Below are positions 1 to 11,589 of a stretch of 64,000 nucleotides of DNA, in pieces; the first letter of the stretch is position 1; each line of letters opens with the position of its first letter. A program made the position numbers and the translations under genes. Under the pieces are notes generated by a model, which saw only the letters and a list, made by a program, of their open reading frames with translations, had not been told where the DNA came from and ran no database searches. Source of the stretch: Candidatus Latescibacterota bacterium (lineage in GTDB: Bacteria; Krumholzibacteriota; Krumholzibacteriia; WVZY01); contig CAWBQK010000010.1 of the NCBI GenBank assembly GCA_963791045.1, forward strand, positions 1-64,000. The letters are read 5' to 3'.

Positions 1-1729
1 CTTGCACGGAGCGGCAACTACGCCATGCGCATGGGGATTGTCGAGCAAGAGAATGTGTCCGGCCAAAGCCAAGTTTCTCAGGTGGTCAATCTCCCGGCAG
101 ACGCTAGCTCCATCGTCCTCAGAGCCTATCAATACCCAACGATTTCGGGGACTGTTAACCCGGCGGATCTGCAATTTTTGACTATCTACGAAGCAGAGAC
201 AGGACTGGTTCTGCGGGAAGTCTTTGCGGAGCAGAGCGATGAGAAGGAGTGGCTACTCAAGACAGACGATCTGACGGAGCTGATCGGCAGGCAGATTAGC
301 CTAGAATTTGGCGTGCAGAACGATGGTGCCGATGGCACAATTGCCATGTACATCGATGATGTTTCCATGGTTTCGTGTGGGCAGAGCGCCACCGTCGTTA
401 GCCCCCCGTCATTGGTCCGACAGCGCCCGTGGCTCCGTCAGCAAGTGCAACAGAGATCGACGCCACCGCAACGGTGACATTTACAACCCCAGAGTTCAAT
501 TTAACACCCATTACTCCAGTGACGCCGACTCCGGGTGCGACAGGTTCACCAGCGGCAACACCATATCCAACATCTCCCATCGGCTGCGTGAATCTGCTGC
601 AAAATGGGAACTTCGAGACAAACGACGGTTGGATCTTTGGCGAAGATCCCGTGCCGCCCGGTTACGTAACAGAGCCCAAAGTGAGCGGCAATCGATCTGT
701 GCGGTTAGGCAACCCACCAGGCGGCGCAGCAGATGTCAAGACATTTTCGTCTGTGCGGCAGCTTGTGACCGTGCCTGCAGCGACCGATACGCTGACGCTC
801 CGATGGACGGCTCTCTACCATACCCAAGAAGCCGCGGGCAGCGCACCTAGCCCAACGTTTGACCGGCAAGATGCCATCTTGCTCACCAACTACCATCTAC
901 GGCCAATTCAGATCGTCGACCGCCAACTTACAGAAAGTGGAGGCTGGGTCAACGAGCTGGCGGTGCCGATGTTTCGTACCTGCGGGGCAAGAGTTTCTAC
1001 GTCTACTTCAATGCCTTTGATGACGGCAATGGCGCACGCACGTGGATGTTCCTGGATGACGTCGAACTGCTCTTGGCCCGCTTGGTGTCCAGCCGACGGC
1101 TGGGCCACCCACAAGCACCCCAGGAGCCACCGCAACGATGATTCCGCCACCGGCAACCACGACGCCATCTCGGCGTGACTGCCACTGGCACGGTGACGGG
1201 TACTCCTCCTAGTGGCAGTGGATCGGCTGATCTAAAGATCGTGGCCATGGATATCAGCATAGATGGCAATCCAACATGTTTGCAAACAACCCTTCCATAC
1301 GGTATCCGTGTGACGGTTCGGAATGATGGAGACACAGACGTGGTAACTCCATTTTTGGTCGATGTAAATGGCGCACGGCAGACAATCAACGGCCTTACAG
1401 CAAGTAATTCTCTCTATAATATCGTAGCCACGGCTTGGTTTACAGGCTATCAGGATGTGAATGTTGCTGTAGTCGATGTAGATAACCGCGTGGCCGAGAG
1501 CGACAAGTCGAACAACACATTCAGTCCACCAACGCTCCTCCTACCGACGGCGATTCCGGCTTGTAATGGGGTGACGCCCACACCGACAGAGAGCAGCGGT
1601 GGCGTCGTTGTAGCTCCGTCTCTCGACTTGCAGAGCCGACTTCTTGCCATGTGCGGTGGTCTGATCTTCGTCATCATACTGATTGCAACTCTTCTCCGCT
1701 TGTTCGTTCAAGCGAGGAAGAAAGAGTAG
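1..1729 (+). CDS. Secreted, C-terminally membrane-anchored Pro/Thr-rich protein with CBM4/9-like beta-sandwich repeats and a CARDB domain (5' end outside window; frameshifted)
   Basis: Three overlapping ORFs (25-477, 429-1178, 1175-1729) read as one protein. Repeats end 'MYIDDVS' and 'MFLDDV' and begin 'CVNLLQNGNFET'. PT-rich linkers, CARDB motifs 'ADLKI..VTVRNDG' and 'VDVDNRVAESDKSNN', and a C-terminal hydrophobic helix plus basic tail (RKKE) are present. Confidence 0.7.
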
Positions 1730-1799
1730 CCCTTCAATTCTGCATAGTGGAAAGCAGATCACTTGTAGAACCTACACCTCTGCACTATACTATTTGTAG

Positions 1800-1838
1800 C
1801 GCCGTTTGCACAGGTTTTCCGGTAGCGGCGTTTTTTTT
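1800..1838 (+). terminator. Probable intrinsic terminator
   Basis: CGCCGTT...AGCGGCG stem followed by T8, about 70 nt after the stop at 1729. Confidence 0.55.
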
Positions 1839-1875
1839 ATTCTCTGTCACCAACATGCCCGAAGAGGATTCGTCC

Positions 1876-3042
1876 ATGATTGCTGCGAGTGGATGCGCAG
1901 TTCGCCCAATTAGCATATCGAAGGAAGAAGAGTGCAGCTGTTTAAGTCTGGATGAGCTTGACTGTACCATCTATGGTCCGACCGATGACGGGTTTTCCGC
2001 ACTGCGTAATGGCTGGAACAAGCTGCTGCGGAGCGCTCGTTTTAACACCATCTTCTTGACTCACTAGTGGCAAACAACTGGTGGGACTATCTCGGCGATG
2101 GCGAGCAGTGGATTTTGGCCTTTACTCAGCACAGAATGAGCTTGTTGGTATCGCACCGCTCTATCGCTTTGTCCACGGGCAGAACGAGCAGAAAGATGAT
2201 GGCGGCCGTAGTGAAACACCACCAGAGCTGATCGGCAAAAGCCAGCTCTCCATCATCGGCGGCACAGAAGTCTGCGACTATCTCGATCTGATCATCGCCT
2301 GCCGGGCTGGAAGAGCAAGTTTATGGTCAGCTTATCCGTTGGCTGCAAAGCAGTGACGCACCACAGTGGGATATTCTCGATCTGCGCAATCTGCCCGAAG
2401 AGAGTTTGCTCTACCAGCTTCTTCCGCGACTGTGTGACGAAGCTGGCTTGAATGCTCAGGTTCTGCCAGAAGATGTTGCGCCCCAGTTTCAACTGCCCTG
2501 GAAGCACATACGAAGCCTATCTGCAGGAGAATGTTGACAAAAAGCAGCGCCATGAGATCCGCCGCAAGCAGCGCCGAGCCGAGCGTGAGACAGCCGTTCA
2601 TTTTGACATCGTTGGTTTGAACCCAGCTTCAGACGCCGATCGGTTAGAGCAGGAGATGACCGAGTTTATTGCGCTACAAAAGGCCAGCGCTGTAGATAAG
2701 GCCGAATTTATGACGCCGCTGATGGAGCGCTTTTTTGCGCGATTGCCAGCCGCATGAACGAGATCTGCCTTTGCGCCTCTGCACGCTCTCGCTCGATGGT
2801 CATAAGGCAGCGGCCCAGCTAACCTTTGGTTATGAAGGGCGCTTTTTGCTCTGACAATCTCTGGCTATGATCCGGGCGCCAGTGCCCATCTCAGCCCGGG
2901 CTGGGTATTGCTGGCCTACTCAATTGAATACGCCATTGCCAGCGGCTACTGGCTCTTTGACTTTATGCAAGGCGACGAAGAGTACAAATATCGCTTTGGT
3001 TGCCGCGAATACAGCGTCATACGGGTGACCGCGACTAGGTAG
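1876..3042 (+). CDS. GNAT family N-acetyltransferase, CelD/BcsL-like (broken by several indels and stops)
   Basis: Fragments 1876-2067, 2081-2356 and 2452-2757 plus the tail carry 'LVGIAPL', 'CDYLDLI', 'KKQRHEIRRKQRR', 'LSPGW' and 'FDFMQGDEEYKYRFG'. GAGGA lies upstream of ATG 1876. Confidence 0.75.
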
Positions 3043-3125
3043 CTTCCGATCTTTTCTGGTGAAGTCTTTTGTGGTACAAAGCAGTGGAACTGTTCGCTTT
3101 ATTTCGCGTCTTTAGGAGAATCCCC

Positions 3126-3543
3126 GTGAGCACAATCCAACGAATTTGCCCCGAATGTGGCAACAAGGGCGAGTTAGAGGCAGATCACTGCCCCAGCTGT
3201 GGCTTTGATATACATGCCGGATTGCCCGCCCGTCAGCTGAATCTACCGGCCACAATCGGCAAGGCAGCGGTTCCTGTGCTGGCTGGAGCTTTGGCCTAGC
3301 CGTCCGTGCTGGGTGGAAGTTTGTTCAAAATCGACTTGACGCGGCTGCAGCAAAACGCGCTCCAGGCACAAAAATCCGGTGCCCGTTGCGCCAGCCACCA
3401 ACGCGGAATCGCAACCACCCATTCAGCTAACTCAGCGCCCCAAGCGGTCATTATCCGCATTCGCTCATCGTGGGCCGTTGGCGATGCCAATGGCGCTCTG
3501 GAAGAACGGCACGTCAGAGCATACGATCGAGATCGATGATTAG
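3126..3543 (+). CDS. Small zinc-ribbon domain protein (frameshifted)
   Basis: AGGAG RBS then GTG 3126. CPECG...CPSCG knuckles, then a hydrophobic stretch. The frame continues in the 3306-3539 ORF. Confidence 0.6.
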
Positions 3544-3549
3544 GGATTG

Positions 3550-4350
3550 ATGACAAGCACTCTATCAACTTCTTGACGCCAACTCCACCAATGACGCGGC
3601 CGGGATCATGATCTGGCCGCTGTCCGGCGGCGGTGCCAAGCCTTGTATGGCGGGCTGGGCAGGATCGCCGGCTTGGGATGATTTTGCGCTGGGCATCAAA
3701 TGGATCATCCACCAATCTGAACGGCAAGCTTGACCGCAGCGGATGGGTGTGGCGTTGGCATGTACGTGAATGCGCTTCTGCCCTATGCTGAAGAGGTTAT
3801 GGGCATGGATATCGAGCCAGATCATCTCGCCCAAGCCGCTGAATCTCTGCCAGATGCCGATATCCAGCTAGCTGCGGGTGAAGCTCTTCCCTATGCCAAT
3901 GACTCGTTTGATCTGGTGTTGAGCCACGAAGTGTTGGAACATGTGCAGGACGATGCTCAGGCCGTCGCCGAGATTGTGCGGGTATTGAAGCCTAAGGGTC
4001 GGGCCATTGTCTTTGTGCCCAATCGTTGGCATCCTTTTGAGACGCACGGCCATGATCGGCGAGGCAACTATCACTTCGGCAATACTCCGCTCATCAACTA
4101 TCTACCCGATGATCCGCGCAACCGCTTGGCGCCCCACGTACGCGCGGATACGAGCCATGGTTTGCAGATGCTCTTTGCTGGTCAACCGGTGCGAATCCTT
4201 CACCATGGCCAGGTTTTCCCAGGGTACGACAATATTATCCGCCGTCGCCCAGAGTTGGGAAGTTGGTTGCGTCGGCTCACCTATGGCTTAGAACAGACGC
4301 CCCTATCCATTTTGGGGAATAGTCATCTGTTGGTGGTTGAGAGGGTGTAG
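3550..4350 (+). CDS. Class I SAM-dependent methyltransferase (N-terminus frameshifted)
   Basis: Motif I 'DGCGVG', 'LPYANDSFDLVLSHEVLEHV' and 'EIVRVLKPKG'. An upstream fragment reads 'PSLVWRAGQDRRL'. Confidence 0.8.
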
Positions 4351-4443
4351 TCGTTTAGCAAGTCAGCACTTTAGCAGGTCAGTTCCATGTCGCGTTGAAT
4401 GATCTTGAATCGAGCGCGTATATTTTTTTGCGAGGAAATAGCG

Positions 4444-5215
4444 ATGCAGCTTCGACAAAATCGAGAGGTGCAGCTCTTTTTGACCGCGGTCATGTTCTAC
4501 ACGCCGTCCGCCTGTTCCGGGCTGGTTGCCCTATTCTGGAAGAGCTGCTGAACCACTCTTCACGCTACTTCCCGTTGGTTGGACTGCTGGTGGGGGCTGT
4601 GGCTGGATCGACCTTTTGGGCTGCACAGCTCGTCTTGCCAGTGACGCTTGCCATTTTGCTGAGCATGGTGGCATCAATCTGGATAACGGGCGCTGTCCAT
4701 GAGGATGGCTTTGCCGATCTCTGCGATGGCTTTGGCGGCGGCTGGGGCAAAGAGCAGGTGCTCACGATTATGAAAGATTCGCGCCCGGGCACCTATGGCG
4801 CGGTGGGGATTGGTCTTATTGCTGGGGCTGAAGTTCTTTGCCCTGCATGAAATGGCCGAGCAGATGATTCCGCTGGTGCTGGTTGTGAGCCACTCGCTGA
4901 GCCGATTCGGCGCAATTTCGTTCGTCTACACACATGAGTATGTACAGGATGATTTACAGAGCAAGGCCAAGCCGCTGGCCATTCGCATGTCGACAGCTGA
5001 TTTCTTGCTCGTGGGCATTCTTCCGGTCTGCTGCCGCGATCTCTGCTTTCTACCTGCGTTTTCTATTGACGCTTGTGCCGCTAGCGATAGGACGTTGGTG
5101 GTTGGGGGGAAACTCTTTGTGTGCCGGATCGGCGGCTATACGGGCGACTGCTTGGGGCGCGACGCAACAGGTGCTAGAGGTGATCTTTTATTTGGGCATC
5201 GTGGCGCTGGTGTAG
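4444..5215 (+). CDS. cobS: Adenosylcobinamide-GDP ribazoletransferase (cobalamin synthase), frameshifted
   Basis: 'YFPLVGLLVG', 'TGAVHEDGFADLCDGFGGG', 'IMKDSRPGTYG' and 'IGGYTGDCLGA' are CobS signatures spread over 3-4 frames. Confidence 0.9.
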
Positions 5216-5236
5216 AGAGAGGGGAGATAGAATGCT

Positions 5237-5616
5237 CTATGCAATGGCAAGCGGAATTTCATCGACTGGCTCCGCTAGAGCTGGTGCGCTATTGCTGAGC
5301 CGATGGAAGATGTATTCGTCTACGGGCTCGTTATTTTTGAAGGGTCTCTTCACAATGCGGTCGAGTACTTCCTCATCGACGCTGTGATACCAGATACCGT
5401 CAGGGATAGACCACGAGTAGTGGACCGCCATAGCAGACGCCTAGGCAAGGCGTGATCACGCTCGACGTGCTCGGGGTTGCCGTATTCGCCTAGCTCTCCG
5501 AGCTTCTGAGCAAGCTTCCGGTAGATATGCTTGCTCTGCCCCTCTGGATCACAATATGACCCTGTGCAGATTAGGACGTGTCGGTTATAGGGCGCTTGAA
5601 TAGGTCCTTCGGGCAT
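5237..5616 (-). CDS. Thioredoxin-like [2Fe-2S] ferredoxin (frameshifted)
   Basis: '[11 protein letters not shown]' (Cx4C), then reconstructed '[23 protein letters not shown]' (Cx3C). It sits in a cobalamin cluster. Confidence 0.8.
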
Positions 5617-5747
5617 GGAAGTTATTTCCTCGTGTAGATACGCATAAAATAGCAGCAAAGCATGGAGATCGCGAAGGGGCACGAAGAAAATCTCCTTCGT
5701 TGCTTTCGTCATCCCGTTGCGTCTTGGCAGCAATCTTCATACTAACA

Positions 5748-5832
5748 ATCGGCTCATCTGCACAGGTGTGCGCTGCGCAGATTTCCTCTGGGTGCCATAG
5801 GCACTTTTGCACACTCTTGGCAGATGGGCGAA
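5748..5832 (-). repeat. ~85-bp dispersed palindromic repeat (REP/MITE-like), copy 1
   Basis: Imperfect terminal inverted repeats CATCTGCACAGGTGTGC / GCACACTCTTGGCAGATG. The reverse complement aligns with 7262-7348. Confidence 0.75.
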
Positions 5833-5836
5833 CAAT

Positions 5837-6432
5837 CAGGTAAAGCGTATTCCAAAGTGGTTCGGGTACATTCTGCTCATGGTTCTCGTAGCGGGCCATA
5901 ACAAAGAGCGCATCCGAGAGGCGATTGAGGTAAGGAATCACAAACTTCGCCGACCGATCCCCTCTGAAGCCGGTTAGTTCTGTCACTCTCACGCTCGGCG
6001 CGGCGACAGATAGTACGTGCGACGTGCAGATGCGCGGAACCAATAGATCCCCCGGGCAGGATAAAGTTTTCCAGCGGGCCCGACGATCTGAGGTCATCTC
6101 GTCAATGAGCGTCAGGGCCTGCACGTGCCGCTCTTCGATCTGGCGTGAATCTGTGCTCTCACTAATTTTTTTTCTTTGTACTTCCTCAAGAGAAGCAGAG
6201 ATCCGAGCCCAAATGGAAGAGTTCATTCTGGATCAAGCGGATAACAGCCACCTACAACAGACGGTGGAATCAGAGGTTTGACGCCACGGCCACGCCGATC
6301 TGCGAGTTAAGCTCATCGACCGAACCATAGACACCCACACGTAGTGAATCTTTTGGTACGCGCCTGTCCACCGCCGAGGGCAGTTGTTCCCTGATCACCC
6401 TTGCGGGTATAAATTTTCGTTAGACGGGGCAT
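5837..6432 (-). CDS. pduO: ATP:cob(I)alamin adenosyltransferase, PduO type (frameshifted)
   Basis: N-terminus '[17 protein letters not shown]', '[12 protein letters not shown]' and C-terminal '[15 protein letters not shown]'. The 3' end is approximate. Confidence 0.9.
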
Positions 6433-6455
6433 AATATTCCCTCTTGTGATCGAAT

Positions 6456-6489
6456 AAAAAAAGCGCAACGTCGACCATCGACAGTGCGC
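6456..6489 (-). terminator. Intrinsic terminator forming the riboswitch expression platform upstream of pduO
   Basis: Minus strand reads GCGCACTGTCGA-TGG-TCGACGTTGCGC-TTTTTTT, ending about 25 nt before the pduO ATG. Confidence 0.7.
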
Positions 6490-6610
6490 CATTGGACATA
6501 AAGCAACCTTGACAGGCTAATTTGTGTCCAGTAGATGCTTGATGACTCAGATCACCATCTCATCTACTTGCGCTCGTCTTCTCGTTCCTCGAAGCCTTTA
6601 CGAGCTAACC

Positions 6611-6825
6611 GTGCATAGGTGGGGAATCGGACTTTGACATTGGGGGTTTTCGATGAATGATTTTGGATCGACGAGTAGTTAATCAGCAGATCGTCAAGCG
6701 AAAACCCAAAATTGACATTACCGTTGCGTCAGTGCCGGACTGGTCAACCTCTGGTTACAGAGAGTTGACTTCACCAGGCTTTCCCCTTGCGCGCAGAGCA
6801 TCCGGGCATCATGCGCACCTTGCAC
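6611..6825 (-). ncRNA. Cobalamin riboswitch (variant)
   Basis: Minus strand: P1 GTGCAAGGTG / CACCTATGCAC, 'AAGGGGAAAGCCTGGTGAA', 'TCCGGCACTGACGCAACGGTAA' and 'AAGTCCGA'. It lies upstream of pduO and the ferredoxin. Confidence 0.85.
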
Positions 6826-6850
6826 ATAGCTTATCCAATTGTTAGACAGT

Positions 6851-6880
6851 ATTCTACTGGAGGCGCTATTCAGTTGTCAA
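6851..6880 (-). promoter_or_regulatory. sigma70-type promoter for the riboswitch-pduO transcript
   Basis: TTGACA-N18-TAGAAT just upstream of the riboswitch P1. Confidence 0.7.
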
Positions 6881-7261
6881 GGTGAATGATTACAGTTCGA
6901 TGGTATGATTGTCGCTCTTTCGTTAGCACAAGATTGATCGGCTCACCTGGCACAAAAGACTGCAGCGACCTTCTGCTCAGAGGGAGGCCTCATTTTGTAC
7001 TCTGAGCAGATGAGTGGAGCAGATTTCCCTAAGATTGTCGCTTGAGGAACTGCTCACAGTAAACGCTCTAGGGCACTTTGGGTATTCAGGTGGTTTGCTT
7101 GCGTAGGTCACATCTCTGGCGTGATCTACGAACAGGCCATTTTTCTTGTCAACCACACGAAATCTTATTGAACCAGTTTTGTTTGTTGATTAGAGATGGC
7201 CGCTTGGGACAAATCGTGCATAGTTTTGTATACTAACTGGGTAGTGCCACTACCTTATCTT

Positions 7262-7348
7262 TTCGTCCATCTGCCAAGAGTGTGCAAAAGTGGTTGTCGC
7301 ACTCTGAAAAAAATCTCCGCTCCGCACACTTGTGCTAGATGAACCGAT
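7262..7348 (+). repeat. ~85-bp dispersed palindromic repeat (REP/MITE-like), copy 2
   Basis: TTCGTCCATCTGCCAAGAGTGTGCAAAAGTG...GCACACTTGTGCTAGATGAACCGAT matches copy 1 in the opposite orientation. Confidence 0.75.
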
Positions 7349-7562
7349 CTTTTACATCGACACGACTTACGCAGCGATCTGCGATATCTCGAGGGAAAAT
7401 GCTTGTCAGCAGCATTCCTTCTCTCTAATGGTCACATTATTTCAACTACGTACAATCCATTGACCGTTCACTCTGAAGAAAATCGAGAAGATTGTACGAA
7501 GTTTAAGTGACTTCTCTATAAGCTTGCGTAAGTCCAAATCGAATTAAGTAACTTGGACAGAT

Positions 7563-8930
7563 ATGGATTCAAACGATTCATCGACGAGCGAAGAAAGATC
7601 GCTCAACCGCCGCGTCTCTCTCACTGGCTTGGCCGGTAATCAGCGAAAATTTCTTGCAGACCATGCTGGGGATCGTGGATACGATCCTCGTGGGGACGCT
7701 GGGTGCGGCGGCGATGGCCGGTGTGGGCGCGGCCATCCAGATCATGTTCTTTATCATTTCGGCGCTGAGCGCCATTGGGTGGGTAGTTCGGTGTTGGTTG
7801 CGCAGGCCATTGGCGCTCAGAGGGTGACGGAGCGGACCACTGGCCAAACAGTCGCTCACTTGGAGCGTGATCTCTCGATACCGCTGGTCTTCGTCGGTCT
7901 CTTTGCGGACCGGGAATCATGGGCATCTTTGGCATGGAGCCGGCGGTCACGGAGATCGGCACAGTATCTGGAAGTGACCATGGGTACTGTAGTGGCGCTG
8001 ACGTGCTGATGCTGGGCGGCGGCGTGCTGCGCGGGGCCGGCGATTCGCGTACGCCGATGAATGTAACGGCCATCGCAAAGTGGATCAATGTCGTGCTGAC
8101 CTACGGGCTGATCTTCGGTCGTTCGGGATGCCAGAACTCGGCGTGGTGGGCAGCGCCTGGGGGACTTTCCTCTCGCGGGTCGTGGGGTTTGGCTGTTCTT
8201 CTAGGCCCTCTGGCGGGGCAGAAAAGGCGTGTCCGTTCGCGGGCGGACGGCTGGCGGCCCGAGTTCCCCACAGCGAGGAATCTGCTGCGCATTGGCATAC
8301 CTGCGGCGGTGGAACAGATATTGATCTCCCTGGCCTTCCTCGTCATGATGACGGTCGTGGCGCGACTTGGCACGCACAGAAACGTTAGCTGCCCATCGGA
8401 TCGCGTTCAATGCACTGTCGCTCTCCTTCTTGCCCGGCCTGGGCTTTGCATTGGCCGCCACCGCGCTTGTGGGGCAGAGCGTTGGCGCCAACGTGAAGAC
8501 GAAGGTCAGCCGCCACGTGGATTGCCACTACCTGGGCCATGATCTGGATGGGCGTGATGGGCGTCTGCTTCATCATCTTTGCCGAACCGATCATGGCATC
8601 TTTACCACCGATCCAGAGGTGATTTCGGGCAGTTGGGGCGACTAAGCGTGGCGCTGAGCCAGCCATTCTGGGCCATTCTCTTTGTGCAGGGCGGAGCGCT
8701 TCGCGGTACTGGTAGTACCCAGTTCCCCGTTGCGAGTCAATGCTACGGGCATTTGGGTGGCGGTTGTCTTGGGAGCGGTGCTTGTCCAGTTTTTGGGCGG
8801 TGGGCTAGTGACTCTGTGGGCCGTTTTTCTGCTGGTTAGCCCCACTATGTGTCTCATGCTCTGGCGGAAGTTCCACTCGACAATGCAGCAGACATTGGGC
8901 ACCAGTTCATTCGCATTAAGCCCCCATTAG
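7563..8930 (+). CDS. MATE family efflux transporter (heavily frameshifted)
   Basis: 'GVLRGAGDSRTPM', 'LLRIGIPAAVEQ', 'LAAHRIA', 'ATALVGQSVGA' and 'GALRGTGST' are spread over several frames. Confidence 0.85.
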
Positions 8931-8960
8931 CATGGGCGAAGCTTGAACCAGATTCATCAA

Positions 8961-9002
8961 ATCAAAGAGGAGCTTGACCCATGGGCCAAGCTCCTCTTTG
9001 AT
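8961..9002. terminator. Long palindrome between convergent MATE and ABC ATPase genes (probable bidirectional terminator)
   Basis: ATCAAAGAGGAGCTTG-ACCCATGGGC-CAAGCTCCTCTTTGAT gives a 16-bp perfect stem. Confidence 0.7.
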
Positions 9003-9041
9003 CTGTGTTAAACTAGCGCTCTCTAAGCAGCAGTGAAGCCA

Positions 9042-9801
9042 TTAGTGGTTCAAAATCTGGCTGAGGAAGAGCTGGGTTCGTTCGTGCTGTGGGTTGTTGA
9101 AAAAGGTCTCTGGCTCTGCCTCTTCGACAATTTGCCCAAAGTCAAACATCGCAACACGGTGCGCAACAGCGCCGGCAAAGCCCATTTCGTGGGAGACGAC
9201 GACCATCGTCATGCCCTCTGCGGCCAGCTCGATCATCACGTCGAGCACCTCTTTGATCATCTCGGGGTCAAGGGCCGAGGTTGGCTCGTCAAAGAGCATG
9301 ATCTTGGGCTGCATGGCCAGCGCGCGGGCGATGGCCACGCGCTGCTGCTGCCCACCCGAAAGCTGCGCCGGATAGGCGATGCGCCTTTTCGGGGATGCCC
9401 ACCTTGCCAGCAGTTCCAGGGCGATCTCTTCTGCCTCGTCCGGCTTGCGCTTGCGCACGAGCTTTTGGCGCCAGCATGACGTTGTCCAGCGCCGTCAGAT
9501 GTGGAAAGAGGTTAAAGTGCTGAAAGACCATGCCCACTTCAGTGCGGATCTCACTAATGTTCCGCACATCATGGGTAAGCTCGATCCCGTCAATGATAAT
9601 GTCGCCCTGCTGATGCTCTTCTAGCCGGTTCATGCAGCGGATAAAGGTCGATTTGCCCGAGCCAGATGGGCCACAGATCACAACGACTTCGCCCCGGAAC
9701 GAGTTCATATCAATTCCGCGCAGTACGTGAAAGTCACCATACCACTTATGTACATCGCGGCAGCTGATGATCGGCTCTTTAATTATTCCATTTTGGCTCA
9801 T
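9042..9801 (-). CDS. Polar amino acid ABC transporter ATP-binding protein (GlnQ/AapP-like), frameshifted
   Basis: Walker A 'GPSGSGKS', '[12 protein letters not shown]', '[15 protein letters not shown]' and '[11 protein letters not shown]'. Confidence 0.92.
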
Positions 9802-9837
9802 AATACATTCTCGTATGGATATTCACTCGTGATTGAT

Positions 9838-11550
9838 TTACCGCACACCAAGACCAGTTCGTTCCTCTAATCGGCGGCTGTAGGCCGAGACCACAGAGCT
9901 AACGACAAAGTAAAAGACAAACATAAATGCATATAGTTCGGAGCGTAGGCCAAGCCATTCTGGGTTGGCAATAATCCCGCGCACAACGCCAACGAGATCA
10001 AGCAGCCCCACAAGTGCGACAAGCGAAGAGGATTTGAATGTGCCGATCACCGCCGCCAGCCAGCGGAGGGATCAGGATACGCAGCGCCTGCGGCAAAATA
10101 ATAAAGCGATATTTTTGCAGCGTGTTCAGGCCGAGCGGATCTGACGCTTCGTACTGCCCTTGCGGAATCGCCTGCAGACCGACCGCGCACGCAATTCGGC
10201 CATATACGCAGACGAGAAGATTGTATAGCCAATAATCACCGCCCAAAAGAGCGATCGACTTCAATCTCACCGCTCGAGAAAAATGGCGCCATAATAATCG
10301 CCATAAAGAGCAGCGTGATGAGCGGCACGCCACCAGGATGATCTCGATCGACAAGGATGCTGAACGCCTTCACAACATTGCCATCAAACGATCGCATAAA
10401 ATCGTCGGCAGAGACGATGATCAGCAGTGGCCAGAGCGAAAGGAGCTGCTCGAAATCCAATTACGCGAAGTCGTCCACAGTTCGGGCGTGCTTGTCAGCA
10501 GCAAGTATCCGGTTGAAAGCAGGGCCACGGGCCAAACAATCCAGCTGGGGATCCCCTGCATCCCTGCTCGACGCCCTAGCGCCAGAAGAATACCGATGGG
10601 AAATCGATAAGATCGTGACGAAGATGGCAAAGATCATCGTCAACAGCAAGCCACCCCAGCGATCGACGTCAATCGGCGGGAAGACCCCAGTTTGCGCAAT
10701 CATGCGCCAAATGATGTAAAAAATCGGCCATGCCAGCACCCAAGCAATGAGGCTCATTCTCGATAAATGAATCACCTTGAAGAACCACAATACCGACATG
10801 ATAGCCAGCAGGACGACAACCCCGATAGTAAGCGTTAAGCCATCAAGTCGTAGCCCACCGACCTCAAAGACAGGCTTTACCCAAAATGCACCGCCCAGAA
10901 GCGGCACTGTTTTGGAGGTTGACAGGGTATCATCAAGACCAGCCAGCAAGATGTAGGCCACAACAGGTGAAATCAACCACAGAAGATTCATAATGCGGCC
11001 AAAGAGCGGCATCGATTCCTTCACTCGTGGACGGGTGGCAATATAGGTAAACAGCCATAGACTGAGGGCAATCCCCGCTGCCAACAGAACTCGCCACGTA
11101 TGCTCTGGTGCGAGGGGGCCAGTCAGCAGTAGCTTCCGAGCGCCCCAAATCACCCCCCAGCTCGCGCCAGTGGAGCGTACATCGGGCGCGGTCAATGCTG
11201 GATCAAACGTGGCGTTGACGAATCCCCAATTCCATATTTGCGCAAAGACCTGGCCAACCACTAAAGAGACGAGCAAGGTAATCAACGTATTAGAAACGCT
11301 GTTAAACATGCTCTCTTTTAGCCAGCGTGAGACGGGCGTATGCAGCGTGAAGAGCTAACCGATCACCGATGCAAGAACTGCAACTGCCCACACGCCGATG
11401 ATGATACCCGCTCTTTGAGGAGCAGAGTTTAGCTGCGAGATAGCCACTGCCAGCGTGATGACAGTCAGAAATCCGACCCAAATCGCCAGCCACCGAGAGC
11501 CGGTGATGTTATCTTGCAGAAAGTAATTCCAATTAAAGGTTTTTGAGAAT
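9838..11550 (-). CDS. Amino acid ABC transporter permease (AapM-like), frameshifted; 5' end runs into the junction
   Basis: 'WGGLLLT', 'FPIGILLALGRR', 'GVPLITLLFM', 'LQAIPQGQYEAS..LGL' (EAA loop), 'ILPQALR' and 'FKSSSLV'. Confidence 0.85.
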
Positions 11551-11589
11551 GTTTCAGCAATACGGTTCTGTTATGTGCATATTACTGGT

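Noticed and set aside
430-1620. Repetitive Thr/Pro-coding sequence as a tandem repeat or CRISPR array
   Set aside because: Low-complexity protein linkers with no fixed repeat-spacer periodicity. No CRISPR array was seen anywhere in the window.
6972-7010. 11-bp inverted repeat TCTGCTCAGAG / CTCTGAGCAGA
   Set aside because: A single hairpin with no U-tract and no second copy, so no function can be supported.
1-11550. Mass pseudogenisation, programmed frameshifting or stop-codon recoding in segment 1
   Set aside because: Breaks affect almost every gene regardless of function while motifs stay intact. In-frame stops are sporadic and of different types. This pattern fits low-coverage long-read error.
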